In this document: positions 18,760-29,000 of the stretch, in pieces
Layout of the letters: the number at the start of each line of letters is the position of its first letter
Numbering within the stretch: position 1 is the stretch's first letter
Origin: a virus
IMG/VR virus record: IMGVR_UViG_3300008267_000006
Location: 32,001-96,000 of that record
Direction: 5' to 3' (one strand)
DNA: 64,000 nucleotides
Translations under genes and position numbers: made by a program
The notes under the pieces: generated by a model
What the model saw: only the letters and a program-made list of their open reading frames with translations
What the model was told of the DNA's origin: nothing
Database searches by the model: none

Positions 18760-20020
18760 ATATCAAGTTAGGAATAAAGCTTTGAGCTTTTGATGCTTCT
18801 TCCATCATTTTAGCACTTGTCTCGCTTACCTTAGAATAAGTCATCTCTTCTAGCTGAGTCTTTAATTCTTCTCTTAGATCTTTTTGTTCTTCCTTACCTT
18901 CAGAAATAAGTTTATCACCGTTAAGTGTAACTTGTTCTCCTGGAATAGGTATATTTGCAAATTTACTTCTTACTTGCCCAAGCATTTCTTTGCAAATTGC
19001 TAATGCAAATCTACGAATCCATTGTTTACCTATTGAATTAATTTTATCATATGGTAAATTTTGGAATGGCATAGTATTCATATTATTTATTCCATTTATA
19101 GTTGATTTAACTGTTGGATCTGAATTTTTCCAAGCATCAGATGGAATAGAGTATTCAAAAAAGAATTTAGTTGGAGTAGCTGCATTTGGAACAGGAAATA
19201 TTCTTAAAATATTATTTCTTAATTGAAACGACCAATCAGAAACTCTTGTTTTAATAGCATCTTCGTATGCCATTGCTTGTAGTTTATTTTGCCATGTCGG
19301 AACAATTTCAAATGTACTATCATCAGCATATTGTCCATATGTACTTAAATTTCCAACAACATTTAGACCACCAAAATAACCATAAAAATTCCAGCTTGCA
19401 CCAATTGTTTTATAAAATACTTTTTTAATTAATACTTTTTTATTATCAAGAGCAATATTATTAGCAGCGGCTGAAGAACTGACAGCTTTTTGTAAATCAT
19501 AATCTTGTTGTCCAACAACAGTATCTATAGATGCTGAATATGTTGGCTCGTTACCATTTAAAGATACCTCGTCATTAACTGAATTTGCTATGCCTTTTAT
19601 ATATGTAAAACTCATTTTAGGAAATGCAAGATTTGCATTTATATTATCTAATGATCCAGTTATTTGTCCGTCACTGTTAAAAGAACTTGTTGATTGACCA
19701 AGAACAAATGGTAGTGCATTTTTTGATTGATGTAGGTTTATTAAATAGGAATATTCAAGACATGCTTCTTCGTATGCTGCGTGTACTTGATTTTCAACTA
19801 ATTCAATATCTAGTACATCTCCACCAAGTTTTTTATATACATACGAAACTTGCTCTACTGAGCCTGTTTTATATTCATTGATTTGTTCATTTGTCCAATA
19901 ACTTTCATTAACATATACACCAAAAGGTAAATTAAAATTATTTACATTTATTATGTTCCCTGTTATTGGTAAAATAACTTTGCTCATTTGTGATAATGGT
20001 GAAAGTACTGGTAGGGACAT
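18749..20020 (-). CDS. Neck / head-tail adaptor protein (gp13-like)
   Basis: KKLGGDVLDIEL, WIRRFALAICKEMLGQVRSKF, PGEQVTLNG. Confidence 0.85.
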   Translation of the reverse strand: MSLPVLSPLSQMSKVILPITGNIINVNNFNLPFGVYVNESYWTNEQINEYKTGSVEQVSYVYKKLGGDVLDIELVENQVHAAYEEACLEYSYLINLHQSKNALPFVLGQSTSSFNSDGQITGSLDNINANLAFPKMSFTYIKGIANSVNDEVSLNGNEPTYSASIDTVVGQQDYDLQKAVSSSAAANNIALDNKKVLIKKVFYKTIGASWNFYGYFGGLNVVGNLSTYGQYADDSTFEIVPTWQNKLQAMAYEDAIKTRVSDWSFQLRNNILRIFPVPNAATPTKFFFEYSIPSDAWKNSDPTVKSTINGINNMNTMPFQNLPYDKINSIGKQWIRRFALAICKEMLGQVRSKFANIPIPGEQVTLNGDKLISEGKEEQKDLREELKTQLEEMTYSKVSETSAKMMEEASKAQSFIPNLIFVG

Positions 20021-20119
20021 TATTTTTCCTCAAATAAAATATCATAAATAAATAGTTTTTATAATCTTTTAAAGCAATAAAACATTCCTTAACTTTATAA
20101 AGCTTCTATTTATAGTACC

Positions 20120-20677
20120 ATGAAAATAAAAATAAATGAAAAAAAGAAATCAGCAGGTAGAGAAAAATTCTGCAAAAGTAAAGCAACAAGAGAATATGGT
20201 AAAAAAACAAGCCTATATCGCTCAATGGCGCTTTCAAAATGTAGAAAAGGCAAGATCTGGAAAGAAGCCATAGAAGCTGGTGTTCAAAGTTCAATTCTAG
20301 AAGAACAATTATTATTTGAACTAGAATCTATTAAAGATTTAGGCGACGACACAGCAACTCTTGATGATGGCACACATGTTTGCGAGGCGTGTCTATATGA
20401 GACTTTAACTACTCTTGATGAGAATGTATTAGAGGAAGCTGAATATCATGGTCGCAAGGTTACACTAAATAAACCAATGCGTGGCGATGTTAAAAAGTTC
20501 AAAGTGTTCGTCAAGGATCCCAAAACAGGTAATGTTAAAAAAGTTAATTTTGGTGATCCTAATATGCGTATAAAGAAAAGCAATCCAAAACGTCGTAAAT
20601 CATTTCGTGCTCGTCATCATTGTGAAAACCCTGGTCCTAAAACAAAAAGTAGGTACTGGAGCTGTCGCAAGTGGTAG
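20120..20677 (+). CDS. Basic two-module head-associated protein; the only credible plus-strand gene
   Basis: C-terminal EAEYHGRKVTLNKP...VKKVNFGD...RRKSFRARH.C...YWSCRKW module familiar from T4-like phages; motif CTATTTATA 5 nt before the ATG. Confidence 0.8.
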   Translation: MKIKINEKKKSAGREKFCKSKATREYGKKTSLYRSMALSKCRKGKIWKEAIEAGVQSSILEEQLLFELESIKDLGDDTATLDDGTHVCEACLYETLTTLDENVLEEAEYHGRKVTLNKPMRGDVKKFKVFVKDPKTGNVKKVNFGDPNMRIKKSNPKRRKSFRARHHCENPGPKTKSRYWSCRKW

Positions 20678-20713
20678 TAGTATTATAATTTAAACACACT
20701 ACATATAGTAGAT

Positions 20714-20758
20714 AAAAGAAACCCGCCTGACTCGATAAAGAGGGGCGGGTTTATTATT
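20714..20758. terminator. Bidirectional terminator between convergent genes
   Basis: aaacccgcc (20719-20727)/ggcgggttt (20744-20752) stem with an A-tract before and a T-rich tract after. Confidence 0.7.
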
Positions 20759-20808
20759 TGTAAAGGGTGTTATGACACATTTTCTTCTTGGCAGTTCTTA
20801 TTTAGAAC

Positions 20809-20839
20809 AAAAAAGAACCCCCGGCATTTCTGCCGGGGG
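20809..20839 (-). terminator. Major capsid gene terminator
   Basis: 9-bp GC stem cccccggca/tgccggggg with a GAAA loop on the mRNA, then U-rich tract. Confidence 0.85.
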
Positions 20840-20872
20840 CCTTTATTAGCAAACCGCTTGTTTTAAGCTAGT

Positions 20873-22648
20873 TTAGCCTAGTAGATCTTGAATTACTACA
20901 AGACCATACATATCTGGGCGAACCATCGTCTTACCATAACGAGTCATTACAGCCTTACGTGGAACGAAGGTGTTAGGATCGAAAATGGTTGGGGTGCTTT
21001 GTAGTGGTACGTATGGGGCATATACGTAACCGCTTTCTAGGAAGCTACCACCTTTACGACCTACTAGGATTACGTTACGTAGGAAGTATGGGTGAACAAT
21101 GATATCCCATTTCTTGTTTAGATCACCAACACGAACAGCACCTACTGAACCTTTTTCATCGGTTGCAGTTACTGATGCGCGGAAACCGCTGGTGAATTCA
21201 AGAATGTTAGCAACTTCTGGACCACATACAAGGAAGTTAGCTCCACCGCGTAGAGTTTTACGATGGATTAGAGCTGAACAATCATTGATGGTTTCAACTA
21301 GGGTTTCATACCACATTTGAACGTTACCAGTGAAATCTGGAGGAGCAGCATAACCACCTGATAGGGTTGAACCTAGATCAGCGCCAGTATCGCGGTTAAC
21401 AAATTTACCTGGACGACGTGACCAGTATTTGACACCGGCAGTTGCGCCCTTGACTAGATCGTTCATGATTTCTTGATCAATTTCTAGACCAATTTGTTCT
21501 GATAACATTGAAGTTAGTTCTACTTCAGCATCTAGATTGTGATAAGCATTTAGATCTTGACCTAGTTCTGGAGTCCATGAAGCTTTTAGCTTACGTGAAC
21601 GAGCAGTGATTGAGTATGAATCGACTTTTAGTTCGATTTCTGGAATTGCTGAAGAACCTTCCATTGTCCATGGGGTTGCACCAACAACAGCACCTAATGC
21701 GCTATCACCAACAGCAACAACATTGTCCTTGACTGGGTATGATAGTAATACGTGTGAAGCGGTTACAACTGCGGCTAGAGCAGCATCACCCTTAGCAGCA
21801 ACTACAACTTCTAGTGATTTCGCACCAGTTGAAGGATCAACAAATACTCTTGATAGACGACGAACTAGTTTAGCACTATTTGCTAGTGAAGAACCAGCAG
21901 CATCTTGTTCACCAGCGGCTACCGCACCAGCATTTTGTGCAAATGATACTGAGAATACGTCATTTTCAGCTAGTAGTTGGCTGTTTGCAATATTAGCAAA
22001 TGGTACGCGTAGTACTGAAGCTGAAACGTAGTTTGAATCAGTTAGTAGATCTGCATCCCAACGTACTGCTTTTTTATCAGCATCAGAAGCGGTTGCTAGA
22101 CCAAACTTGGCTACTTCAACAACGTTTGAAGCAGTGGTTGAAGAGTGATAGCGAGCGGTGTGATAACCGTTTGCCATGTTGTAGAAACCTTTTTCAGCAT
22201 TATCTACACCTTCGATACGAACACCGCCGGTGATTTGTACACCTAGACGATCACCGAAGAATGATTCACCTTTGTTGAATACCTTGTCACCAGTGTTACC
22301 GATATCGCTTCCACGGCGGAAATCCATGAAGAATACTAGACCTGATGGTAGGCTCATTGGTTGTACTGATACTAGATCGTTAGCGATTAGACCAGCGAAT
22401 ACACGACGAACGATTGGGAACGCTACTGAGGCAAAGCCTTGTACGTCACCATTTGACATAGTGTTGGTTTCTTTTAGTAGTTCTTTTGCTTGATTCTCTA
22501 GTAGAATGGACATGGTGCTTTTTTGACGAGCATCCTTTAGACCTTCTAGTAGACCGCTCTTTTCCCATTTAGAAACTAGAGCAGCAGTTTCTTTGAGAGT
22601 ATTACGTTCAACGATACCCTCGGTTAATTTTTCTAATACGTTACCCAT
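20873..22648 (-). CDS. Major capsid protein (T4 gp23-like)
   Basis: KW...LLENQ, PIVRR, VQPMSLPSGLVF, SRKLKASWTPELGQDL.AYH.LDAE.EL, YAPYVPLQ, MTRYG; AGGAG SD. Confidence 0.98.
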   Translation of the reverse strand: MGNVLEKLTEGIVERNTLKETAALVSKWEKSGLLEGLKDARQKSTMSILLENQAKELLKETNTMSNGDVQGFASVAFPIVRRVFAGLIANDLVSVQPMSLPSGLVFFMDFRRGSDIGNTGDKVFNKGESFFGDRLGVQITGGVRIEGVDNAEKGFYNMANGYHTARYHSSTTASNVVEVAKFGLATASDADKKAVRWDADLLTDSNYVSASVLRVPFANIANSQLLAENDVFSVSFAQNAGAVAAGEQDAAGSSLANSAKLVRRLSRVFVDPSTGAKSLEVVVAAKGDAALAAVVTASHVLLSYPVKDNVVAVGDSALGAVVGATPWTMEGSSAIPEIELKVDSYSITARSRKLKASWTPELGQDLNAYHNLDAEVELTSMLSEQIGLEIDQEIMNDLVKGATAGVKYWSRRPGKFVNRDTGADLGSTLSGGYAAPPDFTGNVQMWYETLVETINDCSALIHRKTLRGGANFLVCGPEVANILEFTSGFRASVTATDEKGSVGAVRVGDLNKKWDIIVHPYFLRNVILVGRKGGSFLESGYVYAPYVPLQSTPTIFDPNTFVPRKAVMTRYGKTMVRPDMYGLVVIQDLLG

Positions 22649-22671
22649 TTTATTCTCCTGTAGAATATTTG

Positions 22672-23913
22672 TTATTTTATACCTGCTAAAATTTTCATAC
22701 GTTCTGATTCATATGCATCTACCGATACATTTTTTGGTCTAGAGATAAAGCCAGAACTACCACGATTTAATGCTTCGCTTAGTGATTCTTTTGGTTTCTT
22801 ATTAGAAATACCTTGCACTGCGCTTTGAAGAGTACCGTAAATTGTTTTTGCTTCTAGAACCGTTTTTGCATTGGAAATGTTTTCAACAATATTTTCTTTT
22901 TGTCGCTCATTCAGGGAGTTATTTCCAAATACTTTATTAATATATAGTAATTTAGCGTTTGAAAGACTTAATTTTTCTGTATGTTCTTTAAGAGTTATTA
23001 AATTATCTTTTAATTCTTCTACGAGAACAGACATTCTTTTATTATCTTTTATTGATTCTTCTAGTTTACATTCTAGATCTTTTACTTTTTCTTCTTCCTC
23101 TTTACGTCTTTTTTCTTCTTCTTCATCTCTAGCAGCAGCAAATTCAACATTTCTATCAATTTCTTTTTCTGCGCTAGTTTGACCTTTCCAGCCTCTTAAT
23201 TGGTGTTTTGGATTTAGGTCAACTTTTAGTTCTTCTTCTAGTTCGTTAATTTCTTCTTCAGATAATTCGAACTCTTCCTCTAAGCTAGCTGCATCATCTT
23301 TTAATTCAGATACAGCATCTGGAGAGACAGTTTCTTCTACTGGGTCTGTTGTTTCGTCTAGTTCAAATTCCATTTCTTCATCAAGCTCTTCTTGCTCTTC
23401 AGTTTCTTCTTGGGAGCAATCACTTTCTTCCATTTCCTCTTTTTCTTCAAAAAGTTCTTCATCAAGCTCTAGTTCTTCTGCGATTGGAGCAGCTGGAGCT
23501 AATTCTGGAGCGGCTTGTTGTTGTTCTGGGGATGAAAGGATAGGAGAACCACCAATTTCACTAGAAAGTTGCTTTTTTAATTTATCAAAGTCTATAGTTA
23601 TTAATTCATCATCGTCACCATCAAGAAATGATGATGGTACATCTTCAAATGCCTCATCTTCTTCTGGCTGTTGTGTTTGAGCAGCTGCATCAGGTACTGG
23701 TGGTGCAGCTTGTGCATCTGGAACAGCAGCAGCGGCATCTTCTGGAGTTGTTTCTGGTGTATCTGATGATTGTGGTTCATCTTGCTCTAATAATTTTAGA
23801 GTTTGAGTAAACTCATCCTTATATTTCTCTATTAAGGCTGCTTCTGCGCTTTTTAGTGCTGTTTCTCTGAGTGCAGTTGCATCTGCAATGGCTTCTTCTA
23901 GCAAATTTGACAT
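22672..23913 (-). CDS. Prohead scaffold/core protein (gp22-like)
   Basis: Very acidic coiled coil with many L-x-E sites, directly upstream of the MCP; LSNAKLLY.NK and terminal RMKILAGI. Confidence 0.8.
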   Translation of the reverse strand: MSNLLEEAIADATALRETALKSAEAALIEKYKDEFTQTLKLLEQDEPQSSDTPETTPEDAAAAVPDAQAAPPVPDAAAQTQQPEEDEAFEDVPSSFLDGDDDELITIDFDKLKKQLSSEIGGSPILSSPEQQQAAPELAPAAPIAEELELDEELFEEKEEMEESDCSQEETEEQEELDEEMEFELDETTDPVEETVSPDAVSELKDDAASLEEEFELSEEEINELEEELKVDLNPKHQLRGWKGQTSAEKEIDRNVEFAAARDEEEEKRRKEEEEKVKDLECKLEESIKDNKRMSVLVEELKDNLITLKEHTEKLSLSNAKLLYINKVFGNNSLNERQKENIVENISNAKTVLEAKTIYGTLQSAVQGISNKKPKESLSEALNRGSSGFISRPKNVSVDAYESERMKILAGIK

Positions 23914-23952
23914 TAATTAGTCTCCTATCAACGACTAAAAACAGTTTTTTTA

Positions 23953-23962
23953 TATAAATAGT
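23953..23962 (-). promoter_or_regulatory. Putative late promoter ACTATTTATA upstream of scaffold/MCP
   Basis: Recurrent motif. Confidence 0.6.
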
Positions 23963-23993
23963 GCTTTAATACATCAATTGACTATTATAATAG

Positions 23994-24296
23994 CTATTGA
24001 CGATTATTTATATTTTTATTTATTGTTTTTTTCTTCTTTTTTGATTTTTCTTCTACTTCTGACATTAAATCTTTGTTATGTTTTTGAGCGTTTCTCTTAT
24101 ATCTCTCTCTTTTTTCACGCTCTTTGACACTTTTCTTCACAAATCTTCTATTCCAAGCACAATTATCATATAAATATTGAACTAAAGACTCTTTGCTACA
24201 AGCTTTAATAAATTTCTTAATTAACTGATCTGTGCTTTCTTCAGTTGGTCTTACATGATCTGGAAGTTTTACTTCTAAATGTACTGCTCTACCCAT
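23994..24296 (-). CDS. rpsU: Phage-encoded ribosomal protein bS21 homologue
   Basis: V.......ESTDQLIKKFIKACSKESLV......RRFVKKSVKEREKR matches the bS21 pattern E..D.ALRRFKR.C.K.G......R..YEKPS..R.RK. Confidence 0.75.
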   Translation of the reverse strand: MGRAVHLEVKLPDHVRPTEESTDQLIKKFIKACSKESLVQYLYDNCAWNRRFVKKSVKEREKRERYKRNAQKHNKDLMSEVEEKSKKKKKTINKNINNRQ

Positions 24297-24302
24297 ATTG
24301 TC

Positions 24303-24752
24303 CTATTCTTTCTTGCTATTTCCCATAGCACTGTTTAATAAATTCCAAGATTGTTTATTTACATTCATTAATCTGGATATATCCACACCAGATCCTTGAA
24401 TTCCTTCATAAATTTTATTTTTATCTGTTTCTTCGTGCATTTCTGCTGATTCTTGTTCTTCGGCAGTTAAATCAACACCAGAAAACGGATCAAATCCAGG
24501 CATACGAATTTCTTCTAAAAGTTTATTTTTTCTTTCTTGAATAGAAATTTGCGGAGTTGGCGTGTTTTTTTGAATAAATTGACGCTCTTTTAATTCATAA
24601 TTTTGTTTTGCTGGAGATGTATCTCTAATTGGCGCGGTATTTTGTACGTTTTCCTGTACGATCCTCATCAAACCTTCTTCATATAGAATTTCTTTTATAC
24701 ATTCTTTAATGATTGGTTTCATAACTTTTTTTAATTCTTGTACTTTTGACAT
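24303..24752 (-). CDS. Hypothetical protein (ELKKVMKPIIKECIKEILYEE N-terminus)
   Basis: ORF with GAGG SD and late-type motif at 24771-24778. Confidence 0.75.
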   Translation of the reverse strand: MSKVQELKKVMKPIIKECIKEILYEEGLMRIVQENVQNTAPIRDTSPAKQNYELKERQFIQKNTPTPQISIQERKNKLLEEIRMPGFDPFSGVDLTAEEQESAEMHEETDKNKIYEGIQGSGVDISRLMNVNKQSWNLLNSAMGNSKKE

Positions 24753-24798
24753 CTTAACCTCGTTTTGTTTTAAATAGTTTTATATTATACAATATCCT

Positions 24799-25194
24799 TT
24801 AATATGCAGTAAAATAATAACCATATAAAGTTAATTCAAATACAAGATTTGTAGAATCAGTTGAAGCAGTTGTATTTTTCATATAGATACTTGTACCGCG
24901 AGAAACAATAAGACTATCAGAACATTCATCTCTTCCATATCCATTTACTGTAGTTGGATATGTAATAGAAGCAATATTATTATACGTATTAGCAACTGTT
25001 CCAAGTGTCATAATTAAACCGGTGGATATAGTGCCTGATATATGTTTTAATGTAGCATAATAAGGCATAAATGCTGATATTCCGGTAGACGGAGGTGTAT
25101 AAAATATTTCTGATCTATTTAGAGTTGACATAGTGGTTACTATTCTTGAATAGCTAAATAAATTTTTATGAGTTAGACCTGCTAAATAAGCCAT
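24799..25194 (-). CDS. Small beta-rich protein, fibre-associated (paralogue 3)
   Basis: Ser/Thr-rich; AFMP motif; C-terminal LTLYGYY. Confidence 0.65.
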   Translation of the reverse strand: MAYLAGLTHKNLFSYSRIVTTMSTLNRSEIFYTPPSTGISAFMPYYATLKHISGTISTGLIMTLGTVANTYNNIASITYPTTVNGYGRDECSDSLIVSRGTSIYMKNTTASTDSTNLVFELTLYGYYFTAY

Positions 25195-25631
25195 TATAAA
25201 TCCTCAAAAAATCCATGAATAATAAACGAACCAGTAATTTTACTAGTTCCTATAGTAAATAGAGAAATTATTAAATCTGTATTATTTGGAAGAGCAGAAT
25301 TAGTTATAAATGTAGTAAAATTTTCTATTATATTTGTTTTAACACCCGTACTACCATTTTGTGTTAAACTACCAGATGAAATATATGCATTTAGATTACC
25401 AGCATATCCTAGATGGAATCTTGGTGCAGTAGCTGCTGTACCATCAGCTGTATTATAATGAAAAGTTGTTTTTGTTGGTATAAAATTTCCAAAATCATCA
25501 CTACCAGAAAATATAGTATAAGTTCCAGCAGTAGAATTATTAATAATCTGTGACTTTAAATAAGCAAGTCTTGGTGGCGCAAAAGATGATGTTAGCGAGC
25601 CAGAAATAAAAATAGAATTATTATTATACAT
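25194..25631 (-). CDS. Small beta-rich protein, fibre-associated (paralogue 2)
   Basis: NFIPT motif; C-terminal FIIHGFF. Confidence 0.65.
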   Translation of the reverse strand: MYNNNSIFISGSLTSSFAPPRLAYLKSQIINNSTAGTYTIFSGSDDFGNFIPTKTTFHYNTADGTAATAPRFHLGYAGNLNAYISSGSLTQNGSTGVKTNIIENFTTFITNSALPNNTDLIISLFTIGTSKITGSFIIHGFFEDL

Positions 25632-25639
25632 TCATTGTC

Positions 25640-26089
25640 CTATACATATATTCCAAACATCCATGTTCTAACCGATACTGTGTTTGTAGTAGATCCTATA
25701 GAATAATCTAAACCAATAGATGCTCCAGCTGAAATACTTGATGTGCCAGCGGCTGTTATTAAAGTAGCCATAACATAAGAACCTGGCAAAATAGTAGTGC
25801 TGCTTATTACAACAGAAGAATTAGATATTGTTGAATCTACTGCTATGCTTGGAGTAGTAGTATATAATCCAACATTTGTTATATTTGCTGTTGCTGTAGT
25901 TGTTGCAGATAATAAACAATGAACTACTCTTGTTGGTATGAATCTTCCGCGATCACTTTTTAAATTAAATAAAAATATTGGATATATTGAAGAAGCATTT
26001 GTTGTTTTTGTCCAATCAGCTACATAGCAATCAAATGTACTTTCTAATAAGGATAAATATTTTGCGCTTATTATGGATGAATTTATCAT
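25640..26089 (-). CDS. Small beta-rich protein, fibre-associated (paralogue 1)
   Basis: RFIPT motif; C-terminal TWMFGIY; start overlaps the fibre stop. Confidence 0.65.
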   Translation of the reverse strand: MINSSIISAKYLSLLESTFDCYVADWTKTTNASSIYPIFLFNLKSDRGRFIPTRVVHCLLSATTTATANITNVGLYTTTPSIAVDSTISNSSVVISSTTILPGSYVMATLITAAGTSSISAGASIGLDYSIGSTTNTVSVRTWMFGIYV

Positions 26090-29000
26090 TAAAATACCAA
26101 CCAGTTAGTTCCATCAGATATAAAATTATATGATGTATATTGAGTATAGATTGTTAAACCGGTAGCTTGACCATCAATTGTCGCAGCTGAAGATGTAACA
26201 AATAAAGAAGAAGTATGTAAATTTTTGATAACAAACGCGCTTCCTTGAATACCAGCTGCGTTAGGCAATGTTCCAGTCAACGAGCTACCACTAAATGCTA
26301 TAATATAATCAGTAGAAGCTGTTAAGTTATAATTAGAAGTTTTTGTTGATATTGCTAACTTAACTCCACCGCCAACTTGTAATCCATCTGATGTAATTAG
26401 ACTTCCAGAAACAACAACGCTTCCAGTGTATACTTCTAATATGTTGCTTCTTGCAGCATTTGAAGTTCCATTACCAACAAGCATAAGTGCTGTTGAGCTT
26501 GTCGCATTATATTTACCTTCAACATGTTGATAAGAAGCAGAAGCAATTGTCCATAAACCTTCTGCATGTGAATAATCACCAGAAGCTGTTACCCATTGAC
26601 CTTCTGCGTGCGATCCAATACCAGATGCTAAAGTTCCACTGCCCTCCGAATGCGCATAAGCGCCAGAAGTTACTGTTGAAATTCCTTCTGCGTGTGATCC
26701 TCTGTTGTTTGCAACGTTGCTGTTTCCATGAACAAGTATATATGCTTCAAGTGCTTTATTAGCATTTCCTAATGCAACAGAAGAGTTTCCACCTTGCGCC
26801 ATATTGTTAGAACCAACAATTAATGAATAGGTGCTGCTGATTGAATTACCGCCGGTTATCGAACCAATAACAACTCTACCATCAGCAAAAATAGCTTGTC
26901 CCGTTCCTCTTTGTGTTATTTTTAATGCTTGCGTAGAATTATTGACTTCTATACTTGATGTAGCAGAACCTGTAATATTTAAGGATCCACTGATGTTAAC
27001 TGACGCGGAAATATTTTGATTAGATGTAAATGTATTTATTGCAGCTAATCTAGCGAATGAAGAGGTAACATCAGCAGATTTAGCATAATCAGTTAAATCT
27101 ACAGTACCAGCAGATGCTGTTATAATACCTGTGTTATAATCTATTGAAATATTTTGTCCTGCAATAAATTGATTTCTTGCGTCTGTCGTAAAATTATCTA
27201 TATTTGAAGCAGTAATATTTGTTATGTTTGTTCCAATACCATTAAATGAACCAGTTACGCCACCACTAGAAGAAATATTAGAAGTAACTGTTAAAGAGCC
27301 TGTTATTATTTGATTGGCAGTAAAAGAGTTTTCATTTGATAATTTTGCATAAGGTTGTAGCGCGCTAGTTATTGCTCCAGATACTTGAACTGGGGTCGAA
27401 AACGAAGAAGAAACTCCGTCTAATGTTGCATAATTAGATAATATTAATCCACTTCCATCTCCATAGAATCCACCAGAAGATGAAATAGCGGCGGATGACG
27501 TTAAACTACCAGAAACTTTTAATCCTGGAAATATTTCTATATAATCTGTTACAAGATCGATTGGCGCATTGCCTTTTCTATACACTATATGAGCTACAGA
27601 GTTTTGTTCGCCAGTTGTAATATCAGTACTTCCACTTCCATATAATAACCCTGCTCCATCTAAGAGTTCATGAGTATTACTTCCACTCATTATGGTTATA
27701 TACTTATCACCAACAATTAATGATTGTTGATTTAATGTATTCAATAAAGCTATACTAGCAGTACCATTTACGATTATATCATTGCTGAATATGTTAGTTT
27801 GAGCAGCAAATGTATTAGCAGATCCTAATCTTGCATACGATGCAGTCAAATCTGTTTTTAGCCCAAAAGAACTGGAAACATCAGAAGACTTAGCATATGG
27901 GTTAAGAGCACCAGTTATAGCGCCAGATACTTCAGATCTAATTGGAAAATCATTTATCGCTGATGTTATTGCGCTTGAAACTTGTGTTGGGATAACAAAT
28001 GATGCAGAAACACCAGCTAATGTTGCGTAAGTTGTATTTGCTGTTGAAATTTCTAAATATGGAGTTAAAGCACCAGTTATTGCACCCGATACTTCACTTC
28101 TATTTGGTAAATTATTGATAGAGCTATTTATTGCACCAGTTACGCTTGCAGTTGTTGCATAAATTAATAATCTTTCATCAATAGCGCCAGTAACTTCTGA
28201 TCTGATTGGATATTGCACTAATGAATCATTTATAGCTCCAGTTACACTAGATGTTGTTGCGTAAGGAACAAGAGCGTCATTAATTGCTCCAGTTACTTCA
28301 GATCTAATTGGAAAAGCAACTTGAGAAGCAGTTATAGCACCAGAAACTTGCATTTCAGTTGTAAATGAAGCAGAAACACCAACTAATGTAGCGTATGTAG
28401 ACTGTGCATTAGTTATCGTTAAATATGGAGTTAGCGCTCCAGTTATTGCCCCAGATACTTCGGTTCTTACTGTATAATTTTCTAATGAAGCTGTTATGGC
28501 CCCAGAAACTTGAACCGGTGTTGTGAAAGATGCAGAAACATTATCTGATATTGCATACGAATATAAACTTGATGTTATCGCTCCAGAAATTTCACTTCTT
28601 ACTGCATAATTTTCCAGTGAAGCGGTTATAGCCCCAGAAGTTTGAGTGTGGGTTGTAAACGATGAAGATAGATCGGTCTTTGTAACATAATTAATTAATG
28701 AATCATTTATTGCACCAGTTACGCTAGATGTAAGAGCATACGGAATAAGTGATTCGCTAATAGCACCAGTAATTTCTGTTCTAAGCTGATTATTAGAAGA
28801 CGTAATCGTTGCACTTATTTGAGTAGGTGTTGTATAGGTTGTTTGTGCGTTTGATATAGTTAGATAAGGAGTTAAAGCACCAGTTATTGCTCCAGATACT
28901 TCAGATCTATTTGAAAAATCTCCAATAGCGGATGTTATTGCGCTAGAGACTTGGGTTGGAATAACGAACGAAGATGAAACTCCGTCTAAAGTTGCGTAAA

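Noticed and set aside
6099-20020. Bacterial extracellular contractile injection system or tailocin
   Set aside because: Capsid, portal, protease and terminase genes are in the same window, so this is a complete phage morphogenesis region
20106-20294. Minus-strand 62-aa ORF
   Set aside because: Antisense to the better-supported plus-strand gene 20120-20677
21099-23810. Plus-strand ORFs opposite the MCP and scaffold genes
   Set aside because: Antisense frames kept open by the codon bias of the real genes
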